This document shows positions 59,417 to 64,000 of a stretch of DNA of 64,000 bases, one piece after another. The DNA is from Candidatus Latescibacterota bacterium. GTDB lineage: Bacteria > Latescibacterota > UBA2968. The stretch covers positions 4,288,001-4,352,000 of the forward strand of contig OZ242010.1 in assembly GCA_965204745.1 (NCBI GenBank), written 5' to 3'. Position 1 is the first letter of the stretch; each line of letters starts with the position of its first letter. A program made the translations under genes and the position numbers. The notes under the pieces were generated by a model that ran no database searches, was not told where the DNA came from, and was given only the letters and a program-made list of their open reading frames with translations.

Positions 59417-60223
59417 TCAAAAGGAATAGGACGCGGAGAGAGACAAGGAGGGGTGGGGACGGGTGAAGCTGAGGCGGTCTAAGGGGACGGCTTGCCAGGT
59501 TTCATGGCTGGCGAGTTTGCCGATGATGCCGCCGATGCCTGCGCCGATCAAGGAGAAGACGGCGGTCTCGGGATTGAGCACGATATTGGCGACGGCTGAC
59601 CACCCGGTTTCGTCGCTGTTGTCCAAATCGGAGGACGAGAAGATGACGCCGATGCAAAATCCCGTGGCAAACCCGGCTTTGACGCCCTTTTTGATATGGG
59701 ATGTCCTGCCTAGGTTGATCGACATGTGGCCGAGTTCCGATGCGGTCAGGGTTTTGTACTCATCGCGTTTGTGCGTGGTTGCGAGGATGAGGCTGGAGTC
59801 CGTGACGCTGGCGATAATCCCCGCGAACCCGTGGTCGGTATCCCGCATGCCAATCGCGGCGTGGCGACCGATGGCGACGCCGGTTCGGGTCAAAAACCGA
59901 CGCGCTTGGGGGTTGAATTGGACGGCGATTTTTTGCGTGTTTTTCACGCGCAGGCGATCTATGGACTGGTAGATGATGCGCTGCCTGTGGGGCAACTGGG
60001 GGGTGACGAGGGTGACGGCGTATCCCTGCGTGCGGTTGACGTAGCCCCGAAATCGCCTTTTTTGCCCGTCGACAAAATGCGTGCCCTCGACATACGTGCC
60101 GATGTCGAGGGTTTTGATTTTTTTCCTGACCTCGCTGGCAGAACCCACCGTGCAAAGTTGCCCGAAGAGGCACAGCAGGAGGCACGCGATTTTCGGTATC
60201 GGACAGGCGTTGGGAATGGGCAA
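59417..60223 (-). CDS. Hypothetical exported/outer-membrane protein (start uncertain)
   Basis: Signal-like N-terminus, glycine-zipper helices, terminal LSLSASYSF. Confidence 0.55.
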   Translation of the reverse strand: MPIPNACPIPKIACLLLCLFGQLCTVGSASEVRKKIKTLDIGTYVEGTHFVDGQKRRFRGYVNRTQGYAVTLVTPQLPHRQRIIYQSIDRLRVKNTQKIAVQFNPQARRFLTRTGVAIGRHAAIGMRDTDHGFAGIIASVTDSSLILATTHKRDEYKTLTASELGHMSINLGRTSHIKKGVKAGFATGFCIGVIFSSSDLDNSDETGWSAVANIVLNPETAVFSLIGAGIGGIIGKLASHETWQAVPLDRLSFTRPHPSLSLSASYSF

Positions 60224-60248
60224 GATGGGGTCCGTGAGCGGAAAGACG

Positions 60249-60611
60249 TTACGGCGCGTCTTCGGGTGGAATGTAGCGGTTGGCGAGGGCGACGTAGTCC
60301 TCGCGGATCGGCGAGAAGATGTCGAGGGCGACGCACGGGCCGTCGATGGCTTCGGCGCGATGGGGCACATGAGCGGGAATGAGGAAGGCTTCGCCGGATG
60401 CCACCGTGCGGGTCTCGCCGCCAATGGTGAATCTCATTTTGCCCTCGACCACGATGCCCCCTTGTTCGTGCGGATGGCTGTGCATCGGCACAACCGCGCC
60501 CGCGTCAAACTCCACGCGAGAGAGCATGAGGTTTTTGCCATAAGGCGTGCGAATACGCACGCCGGGCACGACTTCGTTGGCGGGATATGCGTTCCAATCG
60601 ATAAATGACAT
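60249..60611 (-). CDS. Cupin domain protein
   Basis: HSHPHEQ...G..FLIP..VPH...DIFSP.REDY. Confidence 0.9.
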   Translation of the reverse strand: MSFIDWNAYPANEVVPGVRIRTPYGKNLMLSRVEFDAGAVVPMHSHPHEQGGIVVEGKMRFTIGGETRTVASGEAFLIPAHVPHRAEAIDGPCVALDIFSPIREDYVALANRYIPPEDAP

Positions 60612-60639
60612 GGGGTGATTCCCAAAAGAAATGGGCCTG

Positions 60640-61083
60640 TTAAACGGCTGTGCGCGCTTCGGCGTCAATGGCGGAAAAGAGTTGGCGGGTCATCAACCGG
60701 GCCGCGCTGGCGTGCAAGCGTTGGCCCACTGCGGCGAGCGGGCCGCCGATTTGCACGGTGCCGTCAAAGGTCACCGTTGTGCCCTCGCCCTCGGCGGTCA
60801 GCGAGACGCGCCCTTGGCCTTTGACAAATCCGGTCGCGCCTTTGAGGTCAACCGACATGGTATAGCGTTCTGGGGGATGGAGATCCGAGAGCACCACGTT
60901 GCCCGCGTACTTCCCGCGAATGGGGCCAATGCCCGCGGAGACCGCGATGGCGTACGTGCCCTCGCCCACTTGCTCGAGCGTTTCGCAACCGGGCATGCAG
61001 CGGGCGAGCACTTCGGGATCGGTGAGCAGGTCAAAGGTGCGCTCGGGTGGCGCGCTGACCGGATGTGTGCCGGTGAATTTCAA
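60640..61083 (-). CDS. coxG: CoxG/SRPBCC accessory protein
   Basis: DPEVLARCMPGC, GPIRGKY; TTG start with GGAGG RBS. Confidence 0.88.
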   Translation of the reverse strand: MKFTGTHPVSAPPERTFDLLTDPEVLARCMPGCETLEQVGEGTYAIAVSAGIGPIRGKYAGNVVLSDLHPPERYTMSVDLKGATGFVKGQGRVSLTAEGEGTTVTFDGTVQIGGPLAAVGQRLHASAARLMTRQLFSAIDAEARTAV

Positions 61084-61093
61084 GATGCCTCCT

Positions 61094-61951
61094 TCAAGCG
61101 ACCCGTTCAAATGCGCGGGTCAATGCCCGTCGTGTGAACACGCGGGCCAAGTGGGCGCGGTAATCGGCGGAGGCGTGGTGGTCTTCCTGAAAGTCCTCCA
61201 CGCTATCGGCGGCATGGGCAGCGGCCTCGGGGATGGCGTCTTTCCCGCGGCCGAGAAGCGCGTCTTCGACTGCGCGTGCGCGATAGGCAGCCGAGGCCAC
61301 GCCGGTAACGCCCACCGCGACAGAAGCGCAACGGCCCGCGCTGTCGAGGGCGACTTGGGCCGCGACGCCCGCGAGGGCAAAGCCGGACGCGGATTGCCGC
61401 ATTTTGATGTACGCGCCGGCCGAGTTGTCGGCCGGGGTGGCGATGCGAATGCGCGTGAGGATTTCCCCGGCTCGCAATGCAGTGGTGAGCAGGCCGAGGA
61501 AAAATTCAGCCGCCGGCAACGTGCGTTCTCCGCTCGGCCCGGCAATGTCGAATTGTGCATCGAGGGCGAGCATGGCCGCGGGCCAATCCGCCGCTGGGTC
61601 CGCATGGGCGATGCTACCGCCCACCGTGCCCCGGTTGCGAACTTGCACGTCGCCGATTTCCGATGCGGTTTCGGGCAACAAGCCGCATTTGCCCGGCAAC
61701 AGGCGATGGCTTTCGACCACGTAGTGCGTCGCCAAGGCGCCAATCGCGATGGTCTCGTTGCCCGCAATCACTTTCTTCAGGCCGGCAATGCCGCCCAAGT
61801 CGATGACGACCGCAGGCGCGGCAAAGCGCAATTTCATCAGGGGAATCAGGCTGTGACCGCCGGCCATCACGCTGGCGTCGTCGCCGTGTTCCCGCACCAA
61901 GCGCATCGCGCGTTGCAGGGTTTTGGGTGCGTGGTAATCAAAGGGAGTCAT
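61094..61951 (-). CDS. coxM: Molybdenum hydroxylase FAD subunit (CoxM/CutM-like)
   Basis: AGGHSLIPLMKLR, QVRNRGTVGGS.AHADP. Confidence 0.9.
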   Translation of the reverse strand: MTPFDYHAPKTLQRAMRLVREHGDDASVMAGGHSLIPLMKLRFAAPAVVIDLGGIAGLKKVIAGNETIAIGALATHYVVESHRLLPGKCGLLPETASEIGDVQVRNRGTVGGSIAHADPAADWPAAMLALDAQFDIAGPSGERTLPAAEFFLGLLTTALRAGEILTRIRIATPADNSAGAYIKMRQSASGFALAGVAAQVALDSAGRCASVAVGVTGVASAAYRARAVEDALLGRGKDAIPEAAAHAADSVEDFQEDHHASADYRAHLARVFTRRALTRAFERVA

Positions 61952-64000
61952 CGTTTCTCTCCTGCATGAGTTTCCAGAGTTTTTCAGGGCGCAGGGGCAG
62001 GTCGATGTGCCGCACGCCAAAGGGTTTCAGCGCGTCGATGACCGCGTTGGCTATGGCGGGGGTAGAGCCAATCGTGCCGGCTTCGCCCACGCCTTTGACG
62101 CCCATGGGATTGACCGGGGAAGGCGTGACCGTGTTGTCCAGTTCAAAGCGCGGGAAGTCGTGCGCTTTGGGCAGGGCATAGTCCATGAATGACCCGGTGA
62201 GCATCTGCCCGGTTGCGTCGTAGATGGCTTCTTCGTACAGGGCCTGCCCCACGCCTTGGGCAATGCCGCCGTGGACCTGACCTTCCACGATGAGCGGGTT
62301 GATGATGTTGCCGCAGTCGTCAACCGCGATGTAGCGTTGCAGGTCGACCTCGCCGGTGTCGGCATCCACTTCGACTACGGCGATGTGCGTGCCAAAGGGA
62401 TAGGTGAAGTTCGGGGGTTCAAAAAAGTGCGATTCCGCAAGGCCCGGCTCTGTTTCGGGCGGCAGGCCGACCCCGACGTGCGCCACCTGGGCGATTTCCG
62501 CCAGGCTGAGGCCGGATTCGGGCGCGCCGTGGACGCTGTACTTGCCGTCTTCGAGCACGATGTCTTGCGGGTTGCTCTCCATGAGGTGCGCGGCGATTTT
62601 GATGACTTTGTCCTTGATTTTGCCCATCGCGTGGACCATGGCCGTGCCGCCCACAGCGGTTGCGCGGCTGCCAAATGTGCCGATGCCGTATTGCACCGCG
62701 TCGGTGTCGCCGTGGATGATGCGGATGTCCTCGAGATCCACGCCCAAGCCGTCGGCGACGAGTTGGGCAAAGGTGGTTTCCTGGCCCTGCCCGTGAGGGG
62801 ACACGCCCGTGAGCACGGTCACTTTGCCGGTGGGATCGACGCGCACCGTGCTGCTTTCCCACCCGCCGGCCGGCATTGCAGCCGAAGGCCCCATGCCGCA
62901 GATTTCCACGTACGTGGAAAACCCAATGCCGGGATACCGGCCCCGTGCGCGCAGGTCCGCTTGTTGTTGACGCAGGACATCGTAGTCCGCCATTTTGAGC
63001 GCGCGGTCGAGGGCCGCGGTGTAGTCGCCGCTGTCGTAGGCGAGCGCGGTTCCGGTTTCGTGGGGAAAGGCGTCTTTGCCGATGAAGTTTTTGCGCCGCA
63101 CGTCTAGGGGATCGAGATCGAGATCGTGGGCGACGATGTCGATCATGCGCTCGATGAGGTACGTGGCTTCGGGGCGCCCCGCGCCGCGATACGCGTCGGT
63201 CGCCATTTTGTTCGTGAAGGCCGCGGTGAGGTCCATCCGCACGTTTTGAAAGGTGTACGAACCGCACAGCATCAAGCCCGTGAGCGTGGGAATGGCCGGG
63301 GTGAGCAACTGGTAATACGCGCCCACATCTGCCGTGACCGTGTATTTGAGGCCGAGGATCGCGCCGTCGCTGTTCACCGCGAGTTCGACCTGCCCGACTT
63401 GGTCGCGCCCGTGGATGGTGTGCAAAAAGTTTTCGCGCCGGGATTCGATCCACTTGACGGGTTGATCGAGTTGCTTTGCCAGGTGTCCGATAAGGGCTTC
63501 TTCCGCGTACACATTGAGTTTGCATCCAAACCCGCCGCCCACTTCCGGGGCGATGACGCGCACGTGGTTTTCGGCCATGTCGAGCATGATGGACAGTTGC
63601 GTTCGCAAGAGGTGGGGAATTTGCGTGGATGACCAAAGGGTGAGTTGGTCTTTGCCGCGTGTGTATTGGGCGAGCACCCCGCGCGTTTCCATGGGGTTGG
63701 GCACGAGGCGTTGGTGATCGATGCGCTGGCTGACGATGTGATCGGCTTCGGCAAATGCCGCGTCGATGTCGCCGCCGGCAATCTGCCAGGTGAACGCCAG
63801 GTTGTCGTCCCAATCTTCGTGGAGAACGGGCGCGCCCTCGGCCAAGGCCGCGTTTGCGGAGTTGACGGCATCGAGGAGATCGCAATCGACTTCGATGAGG
63901 TCGAGGGCGTCTCGGGCGATGTACGCATCGGTCGCGGCAACTGCGGCAATGGGTTCGCCCACAAAGCGGACTTTGTCTGTGGCGAGCACCGGATGGTGGG
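61938..64000 (-). CDS. coxL: Molybdopterin-binding large subunit (form II CoxL/CutL-like), partial
   Basis: VGGGFGCK, AYRGAGR, HGQG, GVKGVGEAG. Confidence 0.9.
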   Translation of the reverse strand, partial: HHPVLATDKVRFVGEPIAAVAATDAYIARDALDLIEVDCDLLDAVNSANAALAEGAPVLHEDWDDNLAFTWQIAGGDIDAAFAEADHIVSQRIDHQRLVPNPMETRGVLAQYTRGKDQLTLWSSTQIPHLLRTQLSIMLDMAENHVRVIAPEVGGGFGCKLNVYAEEALIGHLAKQLDQPVKWIESRRENFLHTIHGRDQVGQVELAVNSDGAILGLKYTVTADVGAYYQLLTPAIPTLTGLMLCGSYTFQNVRMDLTAAFTNKMATDAYRGAGRPEATYLIERMIDIVAHDLDLDPLDVRRKNFIGKDAFPHETGTALAYDSGDYTAALDRALKMADYDVLRQQQADLRARGRYPGIGFSTYVEICGMGPSAAMPAGGWESSTVRVDPTGKVTVLTGVSPHGQGQETTFAQLVADGLGVDLEDIRIIHGDTDAVQYGIGTFGSRATAVGGTAMVHAMGKIKDKVIKIAAHLMESNPQDIVLEDGKYSVHGAPESGLSLAEIAQVAHVGVGLPPETEPGLAESHFFEPPNFTYPFGTHIAVVEVDADTGEVDLQRYIAVDDCGNIINPLIVEGQVHGGIAQGVGQALYEEAIYDATGQMLTGSFMDYALPKAHDFPRFELDNTVTPSPVNPMGVKGVGEAGTIGSTPAIANAVIDALKPFGVRHIDLPLRPEKLWKLMQERNDDSL

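Noticed and set aside
54134-59420. tRNA-Sec (selC) near selAB
   Set aside because: No tRNA cloverleaf or T-loop motif was recognised in the adjacent intergenic regions.

Overview
This GC-rich bacterial window looks like a sponge-symbiont-type FCB/Latescibacterota/Gemmatimonadota-like genome. That assignment is an inference from the YWTD, CARDB and dockerin proteins, sulfatases and Rpn expansion. Left to right it holds: an RND efflux pair and an ABC-permease/M1-peptidase-like fusion; HU; a surface-protein island with two YWTD beta-propellers built from nucleotide-identical scaffold blocks plus hypervariable loops, one ending a 2624-aa protein with 18 CARDB-like repeats; three tandem Rpn (PD-(D/E)XK) genes, each with an internal SD+ATG, bracketed by a 43-bp direct repeat; and an MlaC-MMPL lipid-transport operon. 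Next come a degenerate IS5/IS903-like element and a ~19-kb leftward gene run (STAS-wHTH, nurA, three DNA methyltransferases with only stubs of restriction enzymes, hicBA, HAS-barrel, herA, PemK TA, GT2, truncated N6-MTase, aminotransferase, two sulfatases, XPB, DGGGP-synthase-like). The right part has queE and oxidoreductases, two ABC-ATPase + nuclease defence-like pairs, selAB, and a form II cox(L)MG cluster. The first defence pair is split by a 485-bp IS607-like element that retains only ends and a TnpB tail/omegaRNA. Heptamer arrays and REP-like elements fill many intergenic regions. No rRNA, tRNA or true CRISPR array was seen. All family calls come from motif recognition, not from database searches.
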